Assembly (NCBI GenBank): GCA_964575235.1
Contig: CAZNQG010000002.1
Coordinates: 1-63,841, forward strand
Direction of reading: 5' to 3'
DNA: 63,841 bases
Source of the DNA: an uncultured Bacteroides sp.
Lineage (GTDB): Bacteria > Bacteroidota > Bacteroidia > Bacteroidales > SM23-62
The notes beneath the pieces were generated by a model. It was not told the origin of the DNA. It did not search any database and saw only the letters and a program-made list of their open reading frames with translations. The translations under genes and the position numbers were made by a program. Position 1 is the first letter of the stretch. Each line of letters starts with the position of its first letter. Below, one piece after another: positions 46,557 to 55,285 of the stretch.

Positions 46557-49277
46557 ATGAAACTGCTTAAAAATCTGGCCATTTTAATGGCCTTTGGACT
46601 CTTGCTCACCAACCTGCACGGCCAGGAGATGAATGAGATTTTCGAGACATTTACCTACCGGAATTTCGCCCCCCACCGGGTGGGCTCCTGGATCAGCGAC
46701 ATTGCCGTACCTGAATCCGACGATCCGAAATACGATTATACCTTTTACGTGGCCGGAAGGCACGGAGGTGTCTGGAAAACCGTTAACAACGGGATTACCT
46801 TCGAAGCGGTTTTCGAGGATTACGGCAATCTCTCCATCGGGGCCATTGAGGTATCCAGGTCAAATCCCGAAGTGATCTGGGTGGGTACAGGGGAAGCTTC
46901 CTGTGCCCGGTCGGCACATGCAGGAAACGGTATCTACAAATCCGTGAACGGGGGAAAGGATTTCGAGTGTATGGGACTGGAAGACAGTCACCATATCCCG
47001 CGGATCGTGATCTCCCCGCTGGACGAGAATACCGTTTACGTTGCCGTTATGGGTCATTTGTACTCCCCGAACGAACAGCGGGGGGTATTCAAGACTTCGG
47101 ACGGCGGCAGGACCTGGGAAAAGATGCTGTATATTGATGAAAACACAGGCGTGATCGATCTTGTCATGAATCCGGAAAACACCGACATTCTCTATGCTGC
47201 CACATATGACAAGGCCAGGTATCCCTGGCATTACGAGGCCGGGGGGAGCGAGAGCGGGATTTATAAAACCAGCAACGGGGGTGAAAGCTGGGAAAGGCTT
47301 TCAGGCGGCCTGCCGGGTGGCAACATCGGAAGAATAGGAATCGATATCTACCGTGCTGACCCGGATATCCTCTATACGGTGATCGAAAACCTGAATCCGA
47401 AAGCCAAACCTGTTGATGAGGGACCGGCCGAATTCGACCGTTCGAGGGATCCCTATTTTGACAGGTTCGTCGGCGGAGAGGTCTACCGCACCGGGGATGC
47501 CGGGGGGCAATGGACCAAAATGAACCACGATACGGTTGACGTGAGCAGCAAGGCCGCGTATTCCTTTAACCAGATCATGATCGACCCCAACGACGAGAGG
47601 AACCTGTTCATCAACAATGTGTGGCTGCAGACCTCGCACGACCGGGGTATAACATGGTACGACTGGACATGGCGCACACATCTCTTTACCGACATGTTCG
47701 GGGACATCCGGACCTTCTGGATCGATCCGGATGACTCGCGCCACCTGATCGTGGGCAGCGACGGCGGAGTTTATATCACATACGACGGGGGAAGGAACAT
47801 GCAGCACTTGTATCACCTGCCCATGGGCGAAATGTACACCATTGAAGTGGATATGGAAGTCCCCTACAACATTTACGCCGGCCTCCAGGACCATGAAGGC
47901 TGGAAAGCCCCTTCCAACAGTTTCCAGTGGGCCATCTGTCCGGGCGACTGGCAACTGGTGGGATTTTCGGATGGCATGTATACCCAGGCAGATCCCGTGG
48001 ATGGGAGGTGGCTCTATACGACTTCCCAGTTCGGCTCGCATTTTCGGGTGGACCAATCCACGGGCGAAAGGGAAAGTATCGTCCCGAAGGCCCCCGAGGG
48101 AGAACCGCCATACCGTTTTACATGGAACACCCCCCTGGTGATATCACCCCATGACCCGGCTACCCTTTATGCCGGTGCACAAAAACTACTCAGAACGACC
48201 GACCGGGGGGAAACCTGGGAGGAACTCAGCGACGATCTTACCTCGAACGATTCGGTCAAGATAGCGGGCAAGGGACACATCATGTACTGCACGATCACAA
48301 CGATCTCGGAATCCCCGGTCAAACCGGGGGTGATCTGGGTTGGGACCGATGACGGAAGGGTTTACATGACACCCGATTCTGGGAACACATGGAAGGATTT
48401 CACCGGGGCAATCGAGAAAGAAGGGGTGCCTGAGGAAAGATGGGTAAGCAGGGTGTTCGCCTCCCACCACGATGAAGCGGTTGCATACGTTACCAAAAGC
48501 GGTTACCGCAACGATGATTTCAAGCCTTATGTATTCATAACCCGTGACCGGGGCAAAACCTGGGAGGACATCGGTTCCATCCTTCCGGACCAGCCCGTGT
48601 CTGTGATCTGGGAAGACGATACCAATCCCGACCTGCTGTTCATCGGGAACGATCATGGCGTTTACCTGTCGCTGAACCGCGGAAAGCAATGGGTCCGTTT
48701 CAACCAGAACATTCCGCCTGTCCCGGTCAAGGATCTCAAGGTGCATTCACGCGACCGCGACCTGGTCCTGGCAACCTACGGGCGGGGAGCCTGGGTTACG
48801 GATATTTATCCATTCCTTGAAATCACCCCCGGACTTCTTGAAAAGCAGGTTCACCTGTTCAGGCCGGAGCCGAAACCGCAACTGAATTGTTCCCAGCAGG
48901 CACGATGGGGAAACAGGAGCTTACAGGGATCCAGCCATCTGTTCACACCCAACGAACGCAACGGCATCACCATCTATTATTACCTGAAGGACAGTACGGC
49001 CACCGGTCCCGCTTTCCTTATCCGGGACCAGCAGGGAGATACTCTCCAACAACTGGCCGGAAGTGGCCGGGCCGGGATCAACAGGGTGCAGTGGAACACA
49101 TGGAGGGCGGAGCCGGGCAGCTACCGGGTGACCATGGAAACGGATGCCGGCAGTTTCTCGACCGAAGCGATCGTGAAAAAGAGATGGCTCTGGGAGGTCG
49201 GAAACACCAATGCCAGACAGCCGGAAAGAACATCCCGGGCCACCATCGGCGAACATGACAAACACCCGACCCGGTGA
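46557..49277 (+). CDS. sortilin/VPS10-type BNR-repeat beta-propeller protein (paralog of 33263-36223)
   Basis: Signal peptide. BNR-type repeats (SVNGGKDF, TSDGGRTW, TSNGGESW, TGDAGGQW, TYDGGRNM, TTDRGETW, TPDSGNTW, TRDRGKTW). Its N-terminal block aligns with the paralog (HGGVWKTVNNGITFEAVFEDYG vs AGGLFRSKNAGTTFESIFDGHG). Confidence 0.75.
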   Translation: MKLLKNLAILMAFGLLLTNLHGQEMNEIFETFTYRNFAPHRVGSWISDIAVPESDDPKYDYTFYVAGRHGGVWKTVNNGITFEAVFEDYGNLSIGAIEVSRSNPEVIWVGTGEASCARSAHAGNGIYKSVNGGKDFECMGLEDSHHIPRIVISPLDENTVYVAVMGHLYSPNEQRGVFKTSDGGRTWEKMLYIDENTGVIDLVMNPENTDILYAATYDKARYPWHYEAGGSESGIYKTSNGGESWERLSGGLPGGNIGRIGIDIYRADPDILYTVIENLNPKAKPVDEGPAEFDRSRDPYFDRFVGGEVYRTGDAGGQWTKMNHDTVDVSSKAAYSFNQIMIDPNDERNLFINNVWLQTSHDRGITWYDWTWRTHLFTDMFGDIRTFWIDPDDSRHLIVGSDGGVYITYDGGRNMQHLYHLPMGEMYTIEVDMEVPYNIYAGLQDHEGWKAPSNSFQWAICPGDWQLVGFSDGMYTQADPVDGRWLYTTSQFGSHFRVDQSTGERESIVPKAPEGEPPYRFTWNTPLVISPHDPATLYAGAQKLLRTTDRGETWEELSDDLTSNDSVKIAGKGHIMYCTITTISESPVKPGVIWVGTDDGRVYMTPDSGNTWKDFTGAIEKEGVPEERWVSRVFASHHDEAVAYVTKSGYRNDDFKPYVFITRDRGKTWEDIGSILPDQPVSVIWEDDTNPDLLFIGNDHGVYLSLNRGKQWVRFNQNIPPVPVKDLKVHSRDRDLVLATYGRGAWVTDIYPFLEITPGLLEKQVHLFRPEPKPQLNCSQQARWGNRSLQGSSHLFTPNERNGITIYYYLKDSTATGPAFLIRDQQGDTLQQLAGSGRAGINRVQWNTWRAEPGSYRVTMETDAGSFSTEAIVKKRWLWEVGNTNARQPERTSRATIGEHDKHPTR

Positions 49278-49545
49278 GGTTTATTCCCGCTCCCATAACA
49301 TTCTGAACACGGGTGACGGATCGGCATCCCTGATACGGGTATCGACGAATGCCGGTTCAACGCTGTAAGGGAAACCGATATCAGGGGTACTTCAGCGATC
49401 CCGGACCCGGTTCTTCGGCGCCGGGGGGTGCCTGAATTCTGAATCATGTAAGGTCAAAGGGTGGTCGGTTGTTAAAAAGCAGGGAATTGAAATTTTTGGA
49501 TACTTTTGAAAAACAAGCGCAGCGCATCCGGGGAGATTACATGTA

Positions 49546-51186
49546 GTGTCGAAAGTGCCAAAGAAACAAGGGATAATTATGAATGTGGAAAGCGCGTTCA
49601 GGTCAGAAAACAGAATGATGCTCAGGAAAGTTGTTCTGGGAGGTTTTTTAATTGCGGGAAGCTGGGGCTTATACGCCCGGACACCTCGGCATACAGGGCA
49701 AGCCTTGCTTTCAGAAGAGAAAGCCCATGATTTTGTCGTGGCAAAGGATGGTACGGGAGATTTTGCGACCGTTAACGAAGCCATCGAAGCTGCCCCGGAC
49801 GGCACAGACCGCACAACCGTTTTTATTAAGAAGGGAACCTACGAAGAGAAAGTTTTTATAGGGAACCGCTGGGAAACATCCGATAAGGTAATCAGTCTGA
49901 TTGGCGAGCATGTCGATAGTGTGATCATTACATGGGACGATTACCATGGCAAGGAAATTTCCTATCCGGGGAAGGGTACCATTACCGCCGACGGGATGAC
50001 CGCCGCAACCATGACCACCACTTCACCCGGCTTTTACATGGAAAACATTACCGTGAAGAACCCGTCGACTGCAGCACAGGCAGAGGCCCTGTACCAGTCC
50101 GGCGACGGGCAGGTATTAAAGAATTGCAGGATCCTGGGCAACCAGGATACCCACCGGACCAAAAAGGGACGCCGTTATTTTTATTTCCGTTCGACGATCG
50201 AAGGCGGCGTCGATTTCATATACGCCGGGGGCACCTGTTATTTCTACCGGTGCAACATCGTGAGCAACCGCAGCGGTTATATCACGGCCCCGGAAGACAT
50301 CGTTTATACAGCAACCCTTTTGTCGGGAAAAACATTGCGTTACGGGTTCTTTTTCAAAGACTGCGATATCCTGGCAAAAGAAGGGGTTGCCGATGGAAGC
50401 GTTTACCTGGGAAGGCCCTGGCAGCCCGAATGCGGATCGGTTTTCCTGAACTGCCGCCTCGGCAGCCACATAAATAACGGCGGATGGCAGCCGTTGAGCG
50501 GGAATGAATCCTCGGCCTGCTTCGGCGAATACAAAAGCATGAACGCCGACGGATCCGCCCCGATCGATGTCTCGAATCGCGTCAGCTGGAGCCAGCAGTT
50601 TACCACCGATGACGTAAACGCTCACATGTTGTTGTCTGAAATTTATACAGCGGTATCATCCACGGCATTTGATCCGGTGCCCATGCTGGTTGCCCCCATG
50701 GCACCCGGGTCCCTTGAGGTGGATGACGGCAACCTGGTATGGACAGCGGTTGATGGTGCAACCGGTTATGTGGTTTATGCCAACGGTTCGGCCATCGGGT
50801 TCAGCAAAACAAACCTTTATACCGATACGCTGGGTTACGATTCCCCTCCGGAGTATACGGTCAGAACCGTTGGGCCGCTTGGAAACCTGAGCCCGCCAAA
50901 CGGGTATGCTGAAGATTTTACCGAAGCCGGCATCAATGAAGCCATCAATTCAGAGATCGTTGGTGTTGATGAGAAGAAACTTCAGGATCAGGATGTGCCG
51001 AAAATAGTAAACGGGGTTCTTTGGTTCGAAAGGCCATCCACATGCAGGGTTTTCTCAGTTGTAGGGCAGGAATTATATTATGCGAAAAACAGCCCGGGCT
51101 TCAACCTGGAAAAACTCAAAACGGGGATCTATATTTTCGTGGTATCCGACGATGCGAACCGGTATGCCTTTAAAATCGTGAAATGA
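49546..51186 (+). CDS. CE8 pectin methylesterase with a T9SS C-terminal sorting domain
   Basis: QAEALYQSGDG, ILGNQDT, VDFIYAGG and LGRPW match CE8 catalytic motifs. The C-terminus ..TGIYIFVVSDDANRYAFKIVK is CTD-like. The likely true start is MMLRKVVLGG at 49615. Confidence 0.85.
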   Translation: MSKVPKKQGIIMNVESAFRSENRMMLRKVVLGGFLIAGSWGLYARTPRHTGQALLSEEKAHDFVVAKDGTGDFATVNEAIEAAPDGTDRTTVFIKKGTYEEKVFIGNRWETSDKVISLIGEHVDSVIITWDDYHGKEISYPGKGTITADGMTAATMTTTSPGFYMENITVKNPSTAAQAEALYQSGDGQVLKNCRILGNQDTHRTKKGRRYFYFRSTIEGGVDFIYAGGTCYFYRCNIVSNRSGYITAPEDIVYTATLLSGKTLRYGFFFKDCDILAKEGVADGSVYLGRPWQPECGSVFLNCRLGSHINNGGWQPLSGNESSACFGEYKSMNADGSAPIDVSNRVSWSQQFTTDDVNAHMLLSEIYTAVSSTAFDPVPMLVAPMAPGSLEVDDGNLVWTAVDGATGYVVYANGSAIGFSKTNLYTDTLGYDSPPEYTVRTVGPLGNLSPPNGYAEDFTEAGINEAINSEIVGVDEKKLQDQDVPKIVNGVLWFERPSTCRVFSVVGQELYYAKNSPGFNLEKLKTGIYIFVVSDDANRYAFKIVK

Positions 51187-51246
51187 CCGTGCGGACTAAA
51201 CCTGCCTGAATCCAAGTCCAACGTGCTGCCCCTGTTAACCGGACCC

Positions 51247-52110
51247 TCAAACCCTTCCGTGCATTTTATAATACCCCATCAACCGGCACTTGTTATCCAC
51301 GTTCATATTCAATTCGCCTGATAAAATCCGGTCCTTTTCTTCTTCATTTATTTTTAATCCCTTGGCGAATGCACTTTCATAATCCTTTATCATTGCCCGA
51401 TTCAACAGCAACTTGCCGGCTGTAACCTCATCGTTGACAAAATATTTAAGATACAGATACAGTACGTGCCTTTCAACCCTGGAATGCCAGGGGTAGAGCA
51501 TGTAGCGGTAAGGGAGCAATATATAGTCTCCAGGATTCGTCTTTCCTTGCGGGTACAAGCCCGATCTGGGGAACCGGTAAGTATTCACACCGGACCTTAT
51601 ATGTGGCTTGTCTGAAACGGAAATGCCGAACCGGTGGATGGCATCCAATTCCAGTTTTGCATTGAAAAGCTTTTCGTAGGACCTCACCGGCCCGTCCACA
51701 GTTTGATCTGGTTCGGATCCCAGCGGCAGTACGCCCCGGATCAATATCCCGCCATAATTGGTGCCGTCCCCGAAGGTCAGGTCCTGTCCGACGTTGTGAA
51801 AATACCATACCCCCATTTCAAGCTGGTTCTCATGCTTGTGAACAAAGGGGTCTTCATGAACCCCTTCCCGGTAATAATAAAACTCGATCTCCGTGATCCG
51901 GTATTGGGTATCGTCGACTTCGATCAGGCCATTCCTGAACAGGAAACCGGCGGTCTTGTCAAACCGATCCCGTATCTGCTGAAAACCGGTCAGCAGGCTG
52001 GCGTCAAGGTGCTTCTTCAGGTATTCGGTAATCATATTGTGCAATATATCCATACTTTTGTAAGATAAGAAAGACTCGAAGAAATTCGTTTTTGACGAAA
52101 GGGTATTCAT
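51247..52110 (-). CDS. hypothetical protein with distant AAG/Mpg-like (3-methyladenine DNA glycosylase fold) motif pattern
   Basis: 287-aa ORF. YRITEIEFYYYREGVHEDPFVHKHENQLEMGVWYFHNVGQDLTFG..GGILIRGVLP parallels the Mpg pattern IVETEAY..D.A.H...G..YVY..YG...N....G.....VLIRA.EP. Confidence 0.4.
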   Translation of the reverse strand: MNTLSSKTNFFESFLSYKSMDILHNMITEYLKKHLDASLLTGFQQIRDRFDKTAGFLFRNGLIEVDDTQYRITEIEFYYYREGVHEDPFVHKHENQLEMGVWYFHNVGQDLTFGDGTNYGGILIRGVLPLGSEPDQTVDGPVRSYEKLFNAKLELDAIHRFGISVSDKPHIRSGVNTYRFPRSGLYPQGKTNPGDYILLPYRYMLYPWHSRVERHVLYLYLKYFVNDEVTAGKLLLNRAMIKDYESAFAKGLKINEEEKDRILSGELNMNVDNKCRLMGYYKMHGRV

Positions 52111-52122
52111 CCCGTAAAATCA

Positions 52123-52329
52123 ATGGCACGCTGGATCATCATAACAGGTCTTATCCTGACCGTACTGGGAATCATACTCTATTTCGCTCCCTGGATTTTA
52201 AAATGGTTCGGCAGGCTGCCGGGCGATATCCGGATTGAAACCGGCCGGTACAGTATTTTCATACCGATCGTATCCATGATACTCATCAGCATCATCCTGA
52301 CCCTGATTATTAACCTGTTAAAACGTTAG
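52123..52329 (+). CDS. DUF2905 family small membrane protein
   Basis: 68 aa with two transmembrane segments flanking the conserved GRLPGDIRIE motif. Confidence 0.8.
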   Translation: MARWIIITGLILTVLGIILYFAPWILKWFGRLPGDIRIETGRYSIFIPIVSMILISIILTLIINLLKR

Positions 52330-52443
52330 GCCCTGCAGGCGAAAACCATAACATCACGTGTCCTGTTCCTGCCGGCAGCCGGGACACATCCGGGCCGTCT
52401 GATTGACAAGTAACAGGCGGGGTTTCATCAGGGATTTCTATTT

Positions 52444-53616
52444 TCATGAAAAGCGGACTTCCAGATTTACCGGGTCTTTACTCTCCCTGTTAAGCTCAAG
52501 GCAAAAAATACTTTTTGTCCTGTCTTTATAATCAATCTGACAGTCCATTGCAGCCGTTAGAGGGTGGAGCTCTTCCATTCCGGGAATGCTTTTAAATCCG
52601 GCTCTCACATCCCGGAATTCCCGGTTGCCTTTGATCCGGACTTTATTGGTTTCATTGACCGGGATTGAAATCTCATACCTGGGATTTCGCTGATTCAGCC
52701 TGAGCTTTATGGTATCCTTTTCGTCGGTTACCGGCCGGGTATCAATGACTACACCGTTTTTACGCTTCAATCTGCAAGTCTCAAAGAATAAATTATCTTC
52801 AACCCAGTTTCTGAATTGCCGGATTTTTTTTTCTTCCTTTTCATTAAATAAAAAACGCTCAATATCCTTTACCTTATCTTCCCAGTTCACATTTTCCGTT
52901 GCAGCCAGTATTTTTTCCTGTAAATGAACAGGTCCGAAATATTTTTCTTTTAGTTGTCCGAATTCAAACCTGTTGGATATATACTCTTCATTGGCTTTAG
53001 ATCCGGGTAATCCGGACAGAGCAACGATATCATAGAAGTCCCTGCCCTTTGATCTTACCAGGATTGAGCACAGTTTTGTCGATAATATGACATCTGCCGG
53101 GGTGGCGTTAATCGAGGTAAAGACTTCAAATTTATGGATCAGCACACGTTCCGGTTCATAGTTAAAATCACCGTATGCATGAGCTTCTGCATCGATTTTC
53201 ACCAGGAATTTCTTATTCGGGTCATCGTGAAGCCCCATGTTTTCTAATAACCCGGGGAAATTGATAAATCTTGTAAAAGCTGTACGCTTTGGATTTCTTT
53301 TCGTCCTGTCCTTATCTATTTCAAGGTCATACCCTTCCTTTCCAAGTTCCTTGCAAATGGTAAGGCACAGATCTTCATGAGACCGGTCGGTGTATTCCCC
53401 TTTTATGTCAAAATCCAGGCCTTCTGAAAACCTGTTATGATTATGAATGATTCTCAGGTTGGTTCCTCCAAGCAGTACTAAATTGCCGGTCCATCGGCTG
53501 TTAAAGATTATCTCAAGCATTTTATACTGAAGGTATTCTTTAAGCATTGCCTGGTGAAATCTGCTCTGATCGAGCTCAGCAGGATATGATTTTTGTAGTT
53601 CCTCGAATGAGATCAT
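52444..53616 (-). CDS. AbiEii/AbiGii-family nucleotidyltransferase toxin (type IV TA) with a C-terminal extension of about 100 aa
   Basis: LLGGTNLRIIHNHNRFSEGLDFD matches the GGTAL...R.S.D(L/I)DF nucleotidyltransferase motif. The gene overlaps the upstream antitoxin gene by 4 bp. Confidence 0.8.
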   Translation of the reverse strand: MISFEELQKSYPAELDQSRFHQAMLKEYLQYKMLEIIFNSRWTGNLVLLGGTNLRIIHNHNRFSEGLDFDIKGEYTDRSHEDLCLTICKELGKEGYDLEIDKDRTKRNPKRTAFTRFINFPGLLENMGLHDDPNKKFLVKIDAEAHAYGDFNYEPERVLIHKFEVFTSINATPADVILSTKLCSILVRSKGRDFYDIVALSGLPGSKANEEYISNRFEFGQLKEKYFGPVHLQEKILAATENVNWEDKVKDIERFLFNEKEEKKIRQFRNWVEDNLFFETCRLKRKNGVVIDTRPVTDEKDTIKLRLNQRNPRYEISIPVNETNKVRIKGNREFRDVRAGFKSIPGMEELHPLTAAMDCQIDYKDRTKSIFCLELNRESKDPVNLEVRFS

Positions 53617-54263
53617 AGCTGAATAACCTTAAATAATGTAAATATCCTTTTTTCGAGATTTTTATTTTCAAATTTTGTCAAGTATTCATACAGCTTTGGT
53701 TTTTCCAGTTCATCATGCAGCACGCCCGTATTAAATCGCAATTCCAGAACATCATCTTCCGTATCGTATTGCGTATTTATATAGAAAAAGTCAAGAACGG
53801 CTTTTTCCATTTCTGCAATTTTCACCTGATGAGAAAATCGATTTGATATTTGAATGGTGCCTGGATTGGAATTGATAGAAATCAGTTTATATCCGAAGTA
53901 CAGCTTTGGTTTTACAGCGTTGTAATAGAAGCTCCCGTACACTGTGCTGTATTGTGCCGTCTTATTTGTTGTTATTGAAGTGGAAGAAAATACACCTTCC
54001 GGTATTACCTGATACCATGATAAAGCAGTTTCCAGGCTCACATAGGAGGGAGAATGAATTTTATTTGCGATCAACCATAGAAACTTGTTATTATTCAGAT
54101 ATTCAGGAAAGCAATACCATTTATTTCTGATTTTCACGATCAGTTTTTTGTCCTGCCATTCTGAAAGTCTTCTCCTGTCAAATCTCGGGAATTGTTTTTT
54201 GATGTCATTGGTTGAAAAGACCCCCAGATTATACAAGCTGGTCTTAAACTCTGAAAACCTCAT
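53613..54263 (-). CDS. AbiEi-family antitoxin / transcriptional regulator
   Basis: 216 aa. Winged-helix-like N-terminus (FSTNDIKKQFPRFDRRRLSEWQDKKLIVKIRNKWYCF). Position and 4-bp overlap are typical of AbiEi-AbiEii pairs. Confidence 0.7.
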   Translation of the reverse strand: MRFSEFKTSLYNLGVFSTNDIKKQFPRFDRRRLSEWQDKKLIVKIRNKWYCFPEYLNNNKFLWLIANKIHSPSYVSLETALSWYQVIPEGVFSSTSITTNKTAQYSTVYGSFYYNAVKPKLYFGYKLISINSNPGTIQISNRFSHQVKIAEMEKAVLDFFYINTQYDTEDDVLELRFNTGVLHDELEKPKLYEYLTKFENKNLEKRIFTLFKVIQL

Positions 54264-54281
54264 CCTCCTAAAATTTTTTCA

Positions 54282-54357
54282 AAAATAACATATAATTGTA
54301 ATAATACAAACTTATAATATAATATCATACCTAAAATAACATATATTAGTAATATTT
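54282..54357. repeat. pair of ~25-nt direct repeats in the abiEi promoter region (candidate antitoxin operator)
   Basis: AAAATAACATATAATTGTAATAATA (54282-54306) and AAAATAACATATATTAGTAATATTT (54333-54357). The first repeat starts 19 nt upstream of the abiEi ATG. Confidence 0.4.
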
Positions 54358-54478
54358 AAGATTATTTATACTAAATAAGAGTTATATATAACATTATTTA
54401 GAAATATATACAGGTCTTGTCCTAATCCTGATCATAAACCTGTTAAAACGTTCGATTCATCTATGAAAAACGGGGTCC

Positions 54479-55081
54479 TCAGAAGCTAAGAATGATATCG
54501 TCAAGCGAACGTTTGGGGACGTGGTGGATGCCCTCCTCATCCCTCCAGTATTTAATGTCACCGCCGGGTCCGGCATCTTCGATCCGGACCTTTTCCCTGG
54601 GCTTGCCAAGGGCAATGACAAGCAGTATGTCGTACCCGGGGGGTATGTTCAGATCCTTTCTCAGGGCTTCCCGTTTTATGGAGCCTATCATGCAGCCTCC
54701 CAGTCCCATTTCAGCGGCCCCGAGCAGGATGCTCTGCGCGGCTATCCCGTGGTCGCAGCCGGGGGTCCTGCTGATCTTCCGGTCCCCCAGGATGATGATG
54801 TAGGCCGAAGGGCGTTCCCCCTCGGGCGGACCCGGCCAATCCTTCAGGTAACCGGCCCATGCGAGATGAGGAAAAATGGATGCATTCATTACTGCCCCGC
54901 GGGACAGGATGTACTTTAAAGGCTGCAGGTTGGACCCGGAGGCAGACAATCTTGCCAGGTCGACAAGCTGCCGGAGCGTGCTTAAATCAATGCTTTCGTC
55001 CTGGTAAAACCTGCGGTAACTGCGATTGCGGATTACGAGTTCCCTGAGTGTCATAAGGATGTTCAAATAAGTATACGGCAT
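54479..55081 (-). CDS. nitroreductase family protein
   Basis: IRNRSYRRFYQDE (the RRSxRxF-type motif), SASGSNLQPLKYIL and a conserved C-terminal core. The start may be the ATG at 55054 (MTLRELV). Confidence 0.85.
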   Translation of the reverse strand: MPYTYLNILMTLRELVIRNRSYRRFYQDESIDLSTLRQLVDLARLSASGSNLQPLKYILSRGAVMNASIFPHLAWAGYLKDWPGPPEGERPSAYIIILGDRKISRTPGCDHGIAAQSILLGAAEMGLGGCMIGSIKREALRKDLNIPPGYDILLVIALGKPREKVRIEDAGPGGDIKYWRDEEGIHHVPKRSLDDIILSF

Positions 55082-55285
55082 AAAATTAAGAAGGTCTTAC
55101 CGGATTTTTTTAGTGATGCCGATAAAAATTACCATCCCTATGCACTCAGAAGGATCGCGAGAAGGATATTAACCTCCATCCCCCGGCAGGGCCGGCCGCA
55201 TCTTCCGGTGGACTCCCCGCTCAGAGAGCCTGCGGCATTTCTCCGGTCGAGAAATTCAGTAATCCGGGATCTGTACCGGGTCGAA

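Noticed and set aside
49322-49386. Interleaved complementary segments in the CE8 upstream region, which could form a pseudoknot: CGGCAT 49322-27 with ATGCCG 49349-54, and CCCTGATA 49328-35 with TATCAGGG 49379-86.
   Set aside because: The stems are short and lie in GC-rich DNA. I have no covariation evidence and recognise no riboswitch class, so this is likely coincidental.
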